Shown: one piece after another, positions 9,282-18,845 of the stretch
Numbering within the stretch: the first letter of the stretch is position 1
Layout: the number at the start of each line of letters is the position of its first letter
Assembly (NCBI GenBank): GCA_965199955.1
Contig: CBDATQ010000001.1
Location: 704,001 to 768,000 of the forward strand
Length of the DNA stretch: 64,000 bases
Source: Spirochaetia bacterium
GTDB lineage: Bacteria; Spirochaetota; Spirochaetia; SZUA-6; Bin103
Direction of reading: 5' to 3'
Notes under the pieces: model-generated
What the model saw: only the letters and a program-made list of their open reading frames with translations
The model's database searches: none
What the model was told of the DNA's origin: nothing
Made by a program: the position numbers and the translations under genes

Positions 9282-10484
9282 ATGCAGATCAAGGACGCGA
9301 TCGTCACCGATCATCCCTTTCCCAACGCCTTCTCGCCGGAAATGCTGCTGTTGGAGCACGGCTCCGGGTGCCGGGTCACCGACGCCGCGGGCAAGAGCTA
9401 CCTGGACCTGGGGGCCGGCATCGCCGTGAACGCGCTCGGCTACGGGCGGGAGGACCTGGCGGACGTCGCCGCCGCGCAGATGCGCAAGCTCGTGCACGTC
9501 TCCAACCTGTACACCACCGGCCCGGCGCTGGAGCTCGCCGGCAAGCTGACCGGCGACCGCTTCGCCGCGGTGCAGTACATGAACAGCGGCGCGGAGGCCA
9601 ACGAGTCTGCGCTCAAGTTCGCGCGCATGTACGCCCATCGCGGCGAGAAGAACGCCGAGCGCCACAAGATCCTGGCGTTCACCGGCGGGTTCCACGGGCG
9701 CACCTACGGCGCGCTGGCCTGCACGGCGACGCCCAAGTACCAGGAGCCGTTCCGGCCCATGCTGCCCGGCGTCGAGGTCGCGCCCTACAACGACGTGGAA
9801 GCGCTGCGAAAGACGCTCGACGGGACCTTCGCCGGCGTCATCGTCGAGGTGGTGCAGGGCGAGGGCGGGCTGCAGTCCATGACGCCGGAGTTCGCGGAGG
9901 CGCTGGGCGCCTGCCGCGACGAGCACGACCTCATCCTGATCGCCGATGAGGTGCAGACCGGCCTGGGACGCACCGGACACCTGCTCGCCTCCGACAGCGC
10001 CGGTCTGAAGCCGGACATCGTCACCCTGGCCAAGCCGCTGGCCGGCGGCCTGCCGCTGTCGGCGGTGCTGCTGCCCGCGGCGGTGAACGACCGGCTCCAT
10101 TTCGGCGAGCACGGCACCACCTTTGGCGGCGGGCCGGTGACCTGCGCGCTGGCCTCGCACGTGTTCGATATCCTCACCGATCCGGCGTTCCTGGCCGCCG
10201 TCCGCGAGCGCGGCGAGCAGCTCCGGCAGGGGCTGGAGTCGCTGCGGGAGGCGCACGGGCTGGGGACGGTGGTGGGCGCCGGGCTGCTGCGCGGCGTGCA
10301 CGTGCCGGGAAAGGCCGGCGAGCAGCCCCGGATCCAGGCGCTGTCGACCGCTCTGCGCGCCGCAGGCGTGCTGGTGCTCCGCTCGGGCGATGACGTGATG
10401 CGCATCGCGCCGCCGCTGGTGATCTCGGCCGACGAGATCGCCGAGGGGCTGCGCTGCATGGACACGGCGCTGGCGGGCCTGTAG
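9282..10484 (+). CDS. argD: Acetylornithine aminotransferase
   Basis: NSGAEANE, FHGRT, DEVQTGLGRTG, AKPLAGG, HGTTFGG; operon context. Confidence 0.9.
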   Translation: MQIKDAIVTDHPFPNAFSPEMLLLEHGSGCRVTDAAGKSYLDLGAGIAVNALGYGREDLADVAAAQMRKLVHVSNLYTTGPALELAGKLTGDRFAAVQYMNSGAEANESALKFARMYAHRGEKNAERHKILAFTGGFHGRTYGALACTATPKYQEPFRPMLPGVEVAPYNDVEALRKTLDGTFAGVIVEVVQGEGGLQSMTPEFAEALGACRDEHDLILIADEVQTGLGRTGHLLASDSAGLKPDIVTLAKPLAGGLPLSAVLLPAAVNDRLHFGEHGTTFGGGPVTCALASHVFDILTDPAFLAAVRERGEQLRQGLESLREAHGLGTVVGAGLLRGVHVPGKAGEQPRIQALSTALRAAGVLVLRSGDDVMRIAPPLVISADEIAEGLRCMDTALAGL

Positions 10485-10504
10485 GAGAACGGGGAGCGCA
10501 GCAC

Positions 10505-11746
10505 ATGGCAACGAACGAAGCGAAGCGCCGGGACGTCGAGAGAATCGCCCTGGCCTACTCGGGGGGGCTGGACACCTCGATCATCATCCCGTGGCTCAAG
10601 GAGCGCTATCCGGGCGTGGAGGTGGTGGCCGTCTGCGCGGACGTCGGGCAGTCCGACGACCTGTCGGGACTGGAGGAGCGGGCAGCGGCGTCCGGCGCCG
10701 CCAAGCTCATCCTGCGCGACGTGCGCCGCGAGTTCGTCGAGGAGTACCTGTTCCCGATGCTCCGCGCCGGAGCGGTGTACGAGGGCAAGTACCTGCTCGG
10801 CACCTCGGCGGCCCGGCCGCTGCAAGCCAGGGTTCAGGTCGAGGCCGCCCGTTCCGAAAGGGCCGACGCGGTCTCCCACGGCTGTACCGGCAAGGGCAAC
10901 GACCAGGTACGGTTCGAGCTGGCCTACCGGGCGCTGGCGCCCGACCTGCAGATCATCGCGCCGTGGCGCCTGTGGGACATCCGCTCGCGCGAGGACGCCA
11001 TAGAGTACGCGGAGAGCCGCGGCATCGACCTGGCCGGAATCTCACGGGTCAACATCTATTCGCGCGACGACAACGTCTGGCACCTCAGCCACGAAGGCGG
11101 GGACCTGGAGGACGCCGGGCGGCGACCGCAGGAGACGCTGTTCCAGCGCTCGGTGTCGCCGGCGGAGGCGCCCGACCGCGAGCAGGAGGTCACGGTCGAG
11201 TTCGAACGGGGCATCCCGGTGGCCGTGGACGGCGTCCGGCACGGCCCGGTGGAGCTGGTGCTCAGGCTCAACGAGCTGGGCGCCGCGAACGGCATCGGCC
11301 GGGCGGACATCGTCGAGACGCGCGTGGTCGGCATGAAGAGCCGCGGCGTGTACGAGACCCCGGGCGGCACGATCCTGTACGCGGCGCTGCGCGAGCTGGA
11401 GATGCTCACGCTGGAGGCGGACGCCCTGCGCAGCAAGCAGCAGTTGGCCATGACCTACGCCGACGCCGTGTACAGCGGCCACTGGTTCTCGACGTTGCGC
11501 GAGTCGCTGGACGCGTTCATGCAGCGGGTCTGCGCTCGGGTCACCGGCGCGGTGACCGTGAGCCTGTACAAGGGAGGCATCACCGTGGCGGGCCGCCACT
11601 CGCCGTACTCGCTCTATGACGAGGGGCTGGCGTCGTTCAGCGCCGGCTCCTACGACCACCAGGACGCGAGCGGCTTCATCCAGCTCTACGGCCTGTCGAC
11701 CCGCACCGCGGCGATGGTGGACGGGGGGACGGACGGGGACGGCTGA
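10505..11746 (+). CDS. argG: Argininosuccinate synthase
   Basis: LAYSGGLDTS, HGCTGKGNDQVRFE, KSRGVYETPG. Confidence 0.97.
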   Translation: MATNEAKRRDVERIALAYSGGLDTSIIIPWLKERYPGVEVVAVCADVGQSDDLSGLEERAAASGAAKLILRDVRREFVEEYLFPMLRAGAVYEGKYLLGTSAARPLQARVQVEAARSERADAVSHGCTGKGNDQVRFELAYRALAPDLQIIAPWRLWDIRSREDAIEYAESRGIDLAGISRVNIYSRDDNVWHLSHEGGDLEDAGRRPQETLFQRSVSPAEAPDREQEVTVEFERGIPVAVDGVRHGPVELVLRLNELGAANGIGRADIVETRVVGMKSRGVYETPGGTILYAALRELEMLTLEADALRSKQQLAMTYADAVYSGHWFSTLRESLDAFMQRVCARVTGAVTVSLYKGGITVAGRHSPYSLYDEGLASFSAGSYDHQDASGFIQLYGLSTRTAAMVDGGTDGDG

Positions 11747-11858
11747 CGCAGGCTGCCGGCGCGGCGCCGGCGGCCGAGCGGCGCGGTGCTCGTGGACTCG
11801 GGCGTGCGGCGGGCGGTACACTTCAACCAGGAAGTGTACCGTGGGGCCGCTTCCGTTT

Positions 11859-11931
11859 CGGGCTGTGGCGCAGTTGGTAGCGTACACGTCTGGGGGGCGT
11901 GGGGTCGGCGGTTCAAGTCCGCCCAGCCCGA
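11859..11931 (+). tRNA. tRNA-Pro (GGG); CCA not encoded
   Basis: Acceptor stem CGGGCTG/CAGCCCG, anticodon arm CACGT-CTGGGGG-GCGTG, T-loop GTTCAAGT. Confidence 0.96.
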
Positions 11932-11974
11932 TGAGACGCGGGGAGCCGGTTCGCAAAGGAGAAAGGTTGGGTTC

Positions 11975-12559
11975 ATGGGAACCATCAAGTCGTCGTGGGA
12001 GATCGCCCTGGAGCGGACGAAGGATGTCGTCCCCGACAAGGAGAATCTGGAGCAGAACCGGTTCAGCACCGAGGGCAGAAAGCTCGTGTCGCGCTATTTC
12101 GGCGATCCGGAGGTCGACCTGCAGGAGTTGCTGGAGCCGTTCGAAGGCAAGCAGGCCGGCTGGGTCCGCGACGGGGTGCGCGATGCCTTGCTCAGCAACC
12201 TCACCCTCCCCACGGACGAGTTCGCGCTGAAGCGCAGCCGCCGCGCCGGCGAAGGATTCGGCGCGCTCAGCACCAATGACCGCAAGCTGCGCATGCTGCT
12301 GGGCCAGCTCGAGCAGTTCTTCCAGGAGTACCTGGGAGAGCGCAACCGCATGAGGCAGGAGGTCGATCGCGCCTACGAGCCGCGCCGCCAGCAGAAGGAG
12401 GCGGAGATGGAGAAGAAGACCGGCCAGCGGGTGCAGATCAACCCCCAGAACGACCCGGAGTACGTGGGGCTGATGCGCCAGCAGCTCATGATGGTGGACG
12501 ACCGCTACGGCCAGGTCCTGCAGGGCGTACGGGACGAGCTCAGCTCCATGTCGGAGTGA
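11975..12559 (+). CDS. Conserved hypothetical protein (DUF6657-like)
   Basis: N-terminus MGTIKSSWEIALERT, coiled-coil C-terminus, purine-rich RBS upstream. Confidence 0.65.
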   Translation: MGTIKSSWEIALERTKDVVPDKENLEQNRFSTEGRKLVSRYFGDPEVDLQELLEPFEGKQAGWVRDGVRDALLSNLTLPTDEFALKRSRRAGEGFGALSTNDRKLRMLLGQLEQFFQEYLGERNRMRQEVDRAYEPRRQQKEAEMEKKTGQRVQINPQNDPEYVGLMRQQLMMVDDRYGQVLQGVRDELSSMSE

Positions 12560-12589
12560 CCGGACCCGTCGCCGAACCGGCACCGTACC

Positions 12590-13159
12590 GTGGTCGATGC
12601 TGAGCTGATCGGGGAGGCTCTGGACCGCATCGACAAGGCCCACCGGCAGGATCCGGCGGGCCGGGCGCTCGAGTACGCGCGGCGCATGACGCGCTGGCTG
12701 GAGCGCTTGGTGCTGCATCCGTCGGCGGCGCTGGCCATCGCCGTCCGCGCCCAGCACCTGCGGCGCTGGGAGATCCCGCGCGCCGGCTACCCGGAGGGCC
12801 GTTCCGGCTACCTGCGCTGGCGGCGCGCCTGCGCCCGGCACCACGCCGACAAGGTGGGGCTCATCCTGGACGATCTGTGTGCGCCCGCCGCGCTGATCGA
12901 GCGGGTGGCGGCGCTGGTCCGCAAGGAGGGACTGGGGCGCGATGCGGAGACGCAGGCGCTTGAGGATGCGGCGTGCCTGTCGTTCCTGGAGGCGGAGCTG
13001 GCCGGGTTCGCGGAAGGGCGCGATCCGGAAACGTTGCAGCGGGTGCTCGGCCGGACTTGGGAGAAGATGTCCCCGCGAGCGCGAGAGCTCGCTGCATCCC
13101 TGGACGTGCGTCCACCGCTCGACGAGGTGATCGGCCTGCGGCCGCCGTCCGGTCAGTAG
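12590..13159 (+). CDS. DUF4202 family protein
   Basis: RAQHLRRWEIPR..YP.GR.GYLRWR, QALEDAACLSFL, TWEKMS. Confidence 0.85.
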   Translation: MVDAELIGEALDRIDKAHRQDPAGRALEYARRMTRWLERLVLHPSAALAIAVRAQHLRRWEIPRAGYPEGRSGYLRWRRACARHHADKVGLILDDLCAPAALIERVAALVRKEGLGRDAETQALEDAACLSFLEAELAGFAEGRDPETLQRVLGRTWEKMSPRARELAASLDVRPPLDEVIGLRPPSGQ

Positions 13160-14826
13160 CGAACGGCGGTGCTCACCTCGATCAGGTGTGCCCGCTCGTC
13201 GGCACCCCGTACCCAGTCGCGGTTGCTCACCTGCTCGTAGGTGTAGGCAAGCGCGACGTTCAGCTCCACGGGCTCCAGGTCGACGCGCAGATCGATGCCG
13301 GCACGTGCCTGCAGGAGGTGCTCCAGCACGTCCTGCTTGAGGAAGGTCGAGGGACCGGTGAACACGAACGTGCCGTCGATCAGGCCGTGATCCCAGACCG
13401 AGCCGCCGGCAGGGCCGCCGTGGCGCACCCGGCGCAGCGACAGGTCGACCCCAAGCCACGCCACGGGGAACGCCCGGGCGCGAACGAGAATCTCGTCGGA
13501 ATTGGGGTGCAGCAGGGTGCCCAGGTGGCGCCCGTCGTTCGTGTACTGCAGGTAGTCGAGCGCCGATGGATGGTGTGCGTACATGTACGGCGTGACCATC
13601 CGGTAGCGGGCGGCCAGCACCGTCAGGATCGGCAGGGGCGGGGCGACGCTCGCCTCCAGCTCGACGGCCATCTTGTTCTGGTCGGAGTCGAAGTCGAAGC
13701 GCCGCAGCTTCGTCAGGTTCACGTCGTCGACGAACAGCACGGCGCTCGCCGATGCTCCGTACGGCAGCCGCACGCGGGCTGCCGCGCCGACGAAGGCGTT
13801 GTCGTAGTCGTCGAGCTGCATCTGCGTATACAGGACGGGAAACACCGGCAGCAGGTAGGTCGGCGACAGCCGCCCGCCGAATATCACCGACTGCAACGCG
13901 GTCAGCTCCAGCCAGTCCGTGGGATAGAAGCTCAGCGATTGCGCCACCAGGTACTTGCTCGGGTGGAAGCCCTGCTCCTTTCTGGCGCGGGTGCGCAGGG
14001 AGTAGCGTTCCCGTTCGGAGCCGCAGAAGCCGCGTTCCTTCGTGGCGGCGCTGCAGATTCCGTACGTGGCGATCAGGTCCAGGAACATTGCCGAATAGGC
14101 GACCCAGGGCGCGCGGTAGGTTCCGGCCAGGTACCCGGCCGGCGGCGCGGCGGCGGACACGACCGGGCTGTCCTCCCCGTGCCCGAAGGAGCTCTGGCCG
14201 AAGCCGGCCTGCACGAACCAGGTGCCGGGCCCGGTTCCCAGGTCGCTCGCGCCGAAGAAGCCGGTGCCGGCCAGCTCCACCTGCACGTCGAACTCTTCCC
14301 CCAGGATGGTGGTTCCGTCGCCGGGCGCGCCCGGATCGTAGGGGTCAGGCGCGAACTCGGGCGCGACGGGCTCAGGAACGACCGAGGTGGCCAACGTGCG
14401 GGCGGCTAACCCGAAGCCGACCCGCTCGCCGAGCGGCAGCTCGACCCCCGCCCCGAGCTGGACCGCGAGCTGCGCCGGCAACGCGTCGGCGCCAGCTTCT
14501 CCGCCGGAGGTGATCGGGGCCTTCGACCTGCGCGCGACCTGCGCCCGTCCCTGCACCGGCAGCGCCCCGAAGTAGCGTTCCAGCAGGCTCCGGGCGATCT
14601 GCCGGTCCGTATCATGTTCGGAGGCCGCCACCCGCTGCAGGGCGCTGCGCACGAGCGGCGCCGGCAGCGGCCGCAGCGGCGGCAGCCACTCGATCAGCCC
14701 CCGCTGCTCCCAGGAACGCAGGTGGCCGTAGACCGGGTCGTTCGGGGAGACCAGCGTCTGGGTGCCGGCGCACAGCGGCAGGCCGATCAGCACTGCCAGC
14801 AGCGCGGCGCGGGTGTGGCGGATCAC
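13153..14826 (-). CDS. Predicted outer-membrane beta-barrel protein (capsule assembly Wzi-like)
   Basis: Signal peptide, DPVY..L..WEQRGLI N-domain, PY.Y.H and LG....PNSDE motifs, C-terminal aromatic beta strand. Confidence 0.6.
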   Translation of the reverse strand: MIRHTRAALLAVLIGLPLCAGTQTLVSPNDPVYGHLRSWEQRGLIEWLPPLRPLPAPLVRSALQRVAASEHDTDRQIARSLLERYFGALPVQGRAQVARRSKAPITSGGEAGADALPAQLAVQLGAGVELPLGERVGFGLAARTLATSVVPEPVAPEFAPDPYDPGAPGDGTTILGEEFDVQVELAGTGFFGASDLGTGPGTWFVQAGFGQSSFGHGEDSPVVSAAAPPAGYLAGTYRAPWVAYSAMFLDLIATYGICSAATKERGFCGSERERYSLRTRARKEQGFHPSKYLVAQSLSFYPTDWLELTALQSVIFGGRLSPTYLLPVFPVLYTQMQLDDYDNAFVGAAARVRLPYGASASAVLFVDDVNLTKLRRFDFDSDQNKMAVELEASVAPPLPILTVLAARYRMVTPYMYAHHPSALDYLQYTNDGRHLGTLLHPNSDEILVRARAFPVAWLGVDLSLRRVRHGGPAGGSVWDHGLIDGTFVFTGPSTFLKQDVLEHLLQARAGIDLRVDLEPVELNVALAYTYEQVSNRDWVRGADERAHLIEVSTAVRY

Positions 14827-14873
14827 GCGCGCACTATGCACTATACCGTGCGGCTGATCGCGGCCGGGGGTGC

Positions 14874-16121
14874 TCAGGCGGCGCCGAAGCGCTCGGCCAC
14901 GGCGCACATCGCCTGATCGGCGATCTGCAGGCTCTCGTCGATGTCGGCCTCGGTGTGGGCGGCGCTCAGGAACCAGTTGTGGTGAGGGTGGAAGTAGGCG
15001 CCGCGCCGGGTCGCTTCCGCGCAGAAGAGCTGGCTGCGGTGGAAGTCGGTCTCGTTGGCGAAGCGGACGAACGGCATGGCCGGCAGGCCGGTGACGGCCA
15101 GACGCTGCCCGTGCCGGGCGGCCGCGGCGTGCAGGCCGGCGATGAGCCGCTCGCCCAGGGCGGCGACCCGCTCGATCACGCCGTCCTCGTCGATGCGCCG
15201 CAGGCAGGAGAGCGCGGCGGCCATCGGGTAGGCGTGCATCCAGAAGGTGCCGGTACAGAACACGCGGCTGGCCGCCCCCTTTACGCCGTCGCGGCCCAGG
15301 CACGCCGCGATCGGATAGCCGTTGGCGATCGCCTTCGAGTAGCAGCACAGGTCCGGCTGGTAGCCGAAGCGCACGTGCGATCCTTGCAGGTGCGCGCGGA
15401 AGCCGACGCGGATGTCGTCGCTGATCACCAGCGCGCCGCGATCGTGGGCGAGCGCGCACAGGCCGTCCAGGAACCCGGCGGCCGGCAGCTCGGAGTCAGC
15501 GAAGGCCGGGTGGTGGTAGGGTGTCACCATCACCGCCGCGATGTCGTCGGGATAGCGGTGGAACAGGCCGGCGACGCTGTCCAGGTCGTTCCAGCGGAAG
15601 CGATGGACGTGGGCCAGGTCCTCTTCGAGCAGGCCGGCATGCCCGGGCACCGCCCACGGGTGGGCGCCGTGGTAGGCGCCGTGGGCGGCCAGCACCTTGC
15701 GGCGCCCGGTGTGGGCGCGAGCGGTCTGCAGCGCGTAGGTGGTCATGTCCGAGCCGTTGATCCCGAACAGCGCCCAGTCCATGCCGGCGATTCGGGCGGT
15801 CAGCTCCTCGGCCAGCTCCACCATCTCCGGGCAGGGCGTGTTGAAGCCGAAGCCCCGCCGCATGGCGGCTGCGGCGGCATCGTCGACGCCGCGGTCGCGG
15901 TAGCCGAGCAGGTTGCCGCCGAAGCCGCACAGGAAGTCGATGTACTCGTTGCCGTCGACGTCCCGGAAGCGGCAGCCTGCGCCGCTCTCGGCGTAGTAGG
16001 GAAAGGAGCCCGGCACCACCAGCGCCGGGCTCTTCGTGCCGTAGATGCCGCGGGGGATGACCTCGACGGCGCGGGTCAGGAGCTGCCTGCTGCGCGTGAA
16101 GCGGAACGGTGCGGCCATCAT
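14874..16121 (-). CDS. Class III PLP aminotransferase (GSA-aminomutase-like)
   Basis: DVDGNEYID, NGSD, YHG, DDIRVGFR, SKAIANGYP. Confidence 0.88.
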   Translation of the reverse strand: MMAAPFRFTRSRQLLTRAVEVIPRGIYGTKSPALVVPGSFPYYAESGAGCRFRDVDGNEYIDFLCGFGGNLLGYRDRGVDDAAAAAMRRGFGFNTPCPEMVELAEELTARIAGMDWALFGINGSDMTTYALQTARAHTGRRKVLAAHGAYHGAHPWAVPGHAGLLEEDLAHVHRFRWNDLDSVAGLFHRYPDDIAAVMVTPYHHPAFADSELPAAGFLDGLCALAHDRGALVISDDIRVGFRAHLQGSHVRFGYQPDLCCYSKAIANGYPIAACLGRDGVKGAASRVFCTGTFWMHAYPMAAALSCLRRIDEDGVIERVAALGERLIAGLHAAAARHGQRLAVTGLPAMPFVRFANETDFHRSQLFCAEATRRGAYFHPHHNWFLSAAHTEADIDESLQIADQAMCAVAERFGAA

Positions 16122-16882
16122 CCCGCCAGCAGCATCTGCACGTCGCCGACCACCTGGAAGACGGCATCCGCAAGCAGGGTCTGCCCGCGCAGCTCGATAC
16201 TGCCAAGACCGATCGCTGCGGCCGGCTCCAGGCGGCCTGCCAGCAGGTCGTGTCCGCACGACACGGACGCGAAGCCCAGGGTGAGGTTGGGGGCGGTGTC
16301 GGGTTCGGGCTCGATGGTCAGCCGATCGCCGCGCTTGCGGGCCGCGACGTCCGCCATGCCCGGCGCCCGCAGCGCGATCGTGCCGTCGGGGGCCTCCTGC
16401 AGGGTGCGGCGCGCCCTGGAGTCCACGCTTGCCAGCACGCCGACGGCGCGTACCAGCGCGTCCAGCCGCATCCGCAGCGCGAGAGTGAGGGCCTCACCAT
16501 TCTTGTCGCCGGGCTCGGGCTCGCTCAGGCTGAGGTAGTGGCTCAGCCGGTTGGTCAGCCTCGGGAGAGCGCGCAGCAGCCCGACGCGCCAAACGCCGAA
16601 GAGCGGGATCGGTATGCCGCTGCCGGTGAAGGAGCGGACCAGCGCGCGATCGGTGGGGAACCAGAGACTGAGCCCCGGAGCCGTGCGCCGCACCGGCTCG
16701 AAGCTCACCGCGCCGTCGCGGAAACGCAACAGCGCGGCGGGGCCGCCGGCCTGCGCAAACTGGATGCTGGTGCGCCAGCCCCGCACCAGCGCATGGGATT
16801 CGGCGTCGCCGGCGCACAGCGCCGGGATCTGCGCCAGCACGCCGTGCAGGAAGATGCGCGCCCGGATCGCGTCGGGGGTCAC
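16118..16882 (-). CDS. Hypothetical protein with SCP2-like lipid-binding repeats
   Basis: C-terminal DLLAGRLEPAAAIGLGSIELRG resembles the SCP2 core; ATGA coupling to the aminotransferase. Confidence 0.55.
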   Translation of the reverse strand: MTPDAIRARIFLHGVLAQIPALCAGDAESHALVRGWRTSIQFAQAGGPAALLRFRDGAVSFEPVRRTAPGLSLWFPTDRALVRSFTGSGIPIPLFGVWRVGLLRALPRLTNRLSHYLSLSEPEPGDKNGEALTLALRMRLDALVRAVGVLASVDSRARRTLQEAPDGTIALRAPGMADVAARKRGDRLTIEPEPDTAPNLTLGFASVSCGHDLLAGRLEPAAAIGLGSIELRGQTLLADAVFQVVGDVQMLLAG

Positions 16883-16890
16883 GACGAACC

Positions 16891-17964
16891 TTAGGATACC
16901 GCACGCGCGGGGTCTCTCGGGGGCCGCCCGCGCGTCCGTTGAGCGATGCGGCCTGTCCGGCGGAACCACTCGAACGACGCACGGATCGCCCGCTCGATGC
17001 CGGCGACGTCGTCCGGCACATAGCCCAGATCGCGCGCCGCCTTGGCCGACGAGTAGTGGAACGACTCGCACGCGGCGCGGGCGAGCGGCAGGCTCAATCC
17101 CGGGTCGCGGCCCGTGAGACGGCCGGCGGCCGATCCCGCCGCACCCGCCGAGCAGATGAGCCATGCCGGCAGTGGCACCGGCCGCGTACGGCTTGCGGTC
17201 ACGCCGCAGATCAGCTCGAACAGCGTCCGGTAGCTGATGTTGGCGCCGCCGAGCACGTAGCACTCACCAGGGGCGCCGTGCCGGAGCGCGCGCTCCACGC
17301 CGCGGCAGACCGTGCCGATGCCGGCGACGTTCCGTCCCCGCCCGGCCGGATAGGGGTAGATTGCCGGCGACCGGGCCAGTTGCTGGATCAGGCGGCCGGG
17401 TCCGGGCACGCGGTCGTGGGCGCCGAACAGGAAGGTCGGGTTGACCACGATCGCGGGCGGATCGGCCCGCAGCGCGACCTGCTGCGCCTGTTGCTTGCTG
17501 ACGATATAGCCCAGGCCGTAGCGCCGGCCGCGGAACGGCGTGCGTTCGTCGGTCTGTCCGCCGTGCGGTGCGGGCCCGAACGAGTTTGCGCTGCCCACGT
17601 GCACGATGCGGCCCACCCGTTCGTCGCGCGCGGCCTCCAGGACGGAGCACGTGCCGTCCACGTTGACACGGAAGCAAGAGGGGCTGTGCGCCGGCCACAC
17701 CGCGGTGTCGGCGGCTGCGTGCACGACCGCCAGCACGCCGGACATCGCCGCCCGCAAGGCGCCGACGTCGAACAGATCGCCGCTCACCGGCAGAGCGCCC
17801 AGGCCGGCAAGCTCCCGTGCAGCCGCGGCGCGCCGGCACAGCGCCCGCACCGTCCAGCCGGACTCGACCAGCACGGGTACGAGGTTGCGACCCAGGAAGC
17901 CGGTGGCCCCCGTGACCAGGACCGTGCCCCGAGTTCGTCGCCTGCGGCTCCGTCCCTGGCCCAT
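16891..17964 (-). CDS. NAD-dependent epimerase/dehydratase (HpnA / 3-beta-HSD-like extended SDR)
   Basis: VTGATGFLG, HAAA, NVDGT, YIVSK (YxxxK). Confidence 0.88.
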   Translation of the reverse strand: MGQGRSRRRRTRGTVLVTGATGFLGRNLVPVLVESGWTVRALCRRAAAARELAGLGALPVSGDLFDVGALRAAMSGVLAVVHAAADTAVWPAHSPSCFRVNVDGTCSVLEAARDERVGRIVHVGSANSFGPAPHGGQTDERTPFRGRRYGLGYIVSKQQAQQVALRADPPAIVVNPTFLFGAHDRVPGPGRLIQQLARSPAIYPYPAGRGRNVAGIGTVCRGVERALRHGAPGECYVLGGANISYRTLFELICGVTASRTRPVPLPAWLICSAGAAGSAAGRLTGRDPGLSLPLARAACESFHYSSAKAARDLGYVPDDVAGIERAIRASFEWFRRTGRIAQRTRGRPPRDPARAVS

Positions 17965-18035
17965 CGCCACCCTCCGCTACGGAGTCTGTGGGATTGCCGC
18001 TTGCGCGCCAATCCGACAGACTCACGGGCGCGACC

Positions 18036-18845
18036 ATGGCCGAGCGATTCAATCCCGAGGGCAAGGTCGTGCTGATCACCGGTGGCGCCGGCGGCATCGG
18101 CTTCGCGCTGGCGCGCCGCTTCGGAGCGGCCGGATGCCGCGTGGCGTTGCTCGACGTCGACGAAGTGGGGTTGGCGGAACGCTCGGCCGCGCTCGCCGAG
18201 GCGGGGGTGGAGCATCTGGTCCGCCGGTGCGACGTCACCGACCGCGCCGACGTAGGCGCGGCCGTGACGGAGGTCTGCAGCCGCTTCGGCGGCGTCGACC
18301 TGCTGTTCAACAACGCGGGCATGAGCCACCGGAGCGCGTTTCGGGACACCGCCGCGGTCGTGTACGAGCGCGTGATCGCGGTCAACCTGTTCGGATCGCT
18401 CTACTGCGCGCAGGCCGCGTTACCGTCGCTGCTGCGACGAAAGGGCATGATCGTCGTCACCTCCAGCATCGCGGGATTCGCTCCCCTGCTCGGCCGCACC
18501 GGGTACTGCGCGTCCAAGTATGCCCTGCACGGCATGTTCGAGACCGCGCGGGCGGAGCTGATCGGCACCGGGGTGAGCGTGCTCATCGTCTGCCCCAGCT
18601 TCGTCGATACCAATATCGTCGCCAACGCGCTGGACGCATCGGGCAACCGCACGGAGCGCCCGCGGGTCGAGATGGGCAAAGCCGCGAGCCCGGACTACGT
18701 GGCCGAACGCATCCTGGCCGCCGTGGTGCGAAGGAGGCGGTTCCTGGTGCTGTCGGGGACCGGCCGCGGGGCGTTGCTGCTGTCGCGGCTTGCGCCCGGG
18801 GTGTACGAGCGCTTCATCCGCCGCCGATTCGCCGACGAGCTCTGA
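18036..18845 (+). CDS. Short-chain dehydrogenase/reductase
   Basis: TGGAGGIG, NNAG, YCASK. Confidence 0.92.
   Translation: MAERFNPEGKVVLITGGAGGIGFALARRFGAAGCRVALLDVDEVGLAERSAALAEAGVEHLVRRCDVTDRADVGAAVTEVCSRFGGVDLLFNNAGMSHRSAFRDTAAVVYERVIAVNLFGSLYCAQAALPSLLRRKGMIVVTSSIAGFAPLLGRTGYCASKYALHGMFETARAELIGTGVSVLIVCPSFVDTNIVANALDASGNRTERPRVEMGKAASPDYVAERILAAVVRRRRFLVLSGTGRGALLLSRLAPGVYERFIRRRFADEL

Noticed and set aside
4897..11931. tRNA-Phe and tRNA-Pro as island integration sites
   Set aside because: No duplicated tRNA 3' end, integrase or composition shift was seen next to either tRNA.
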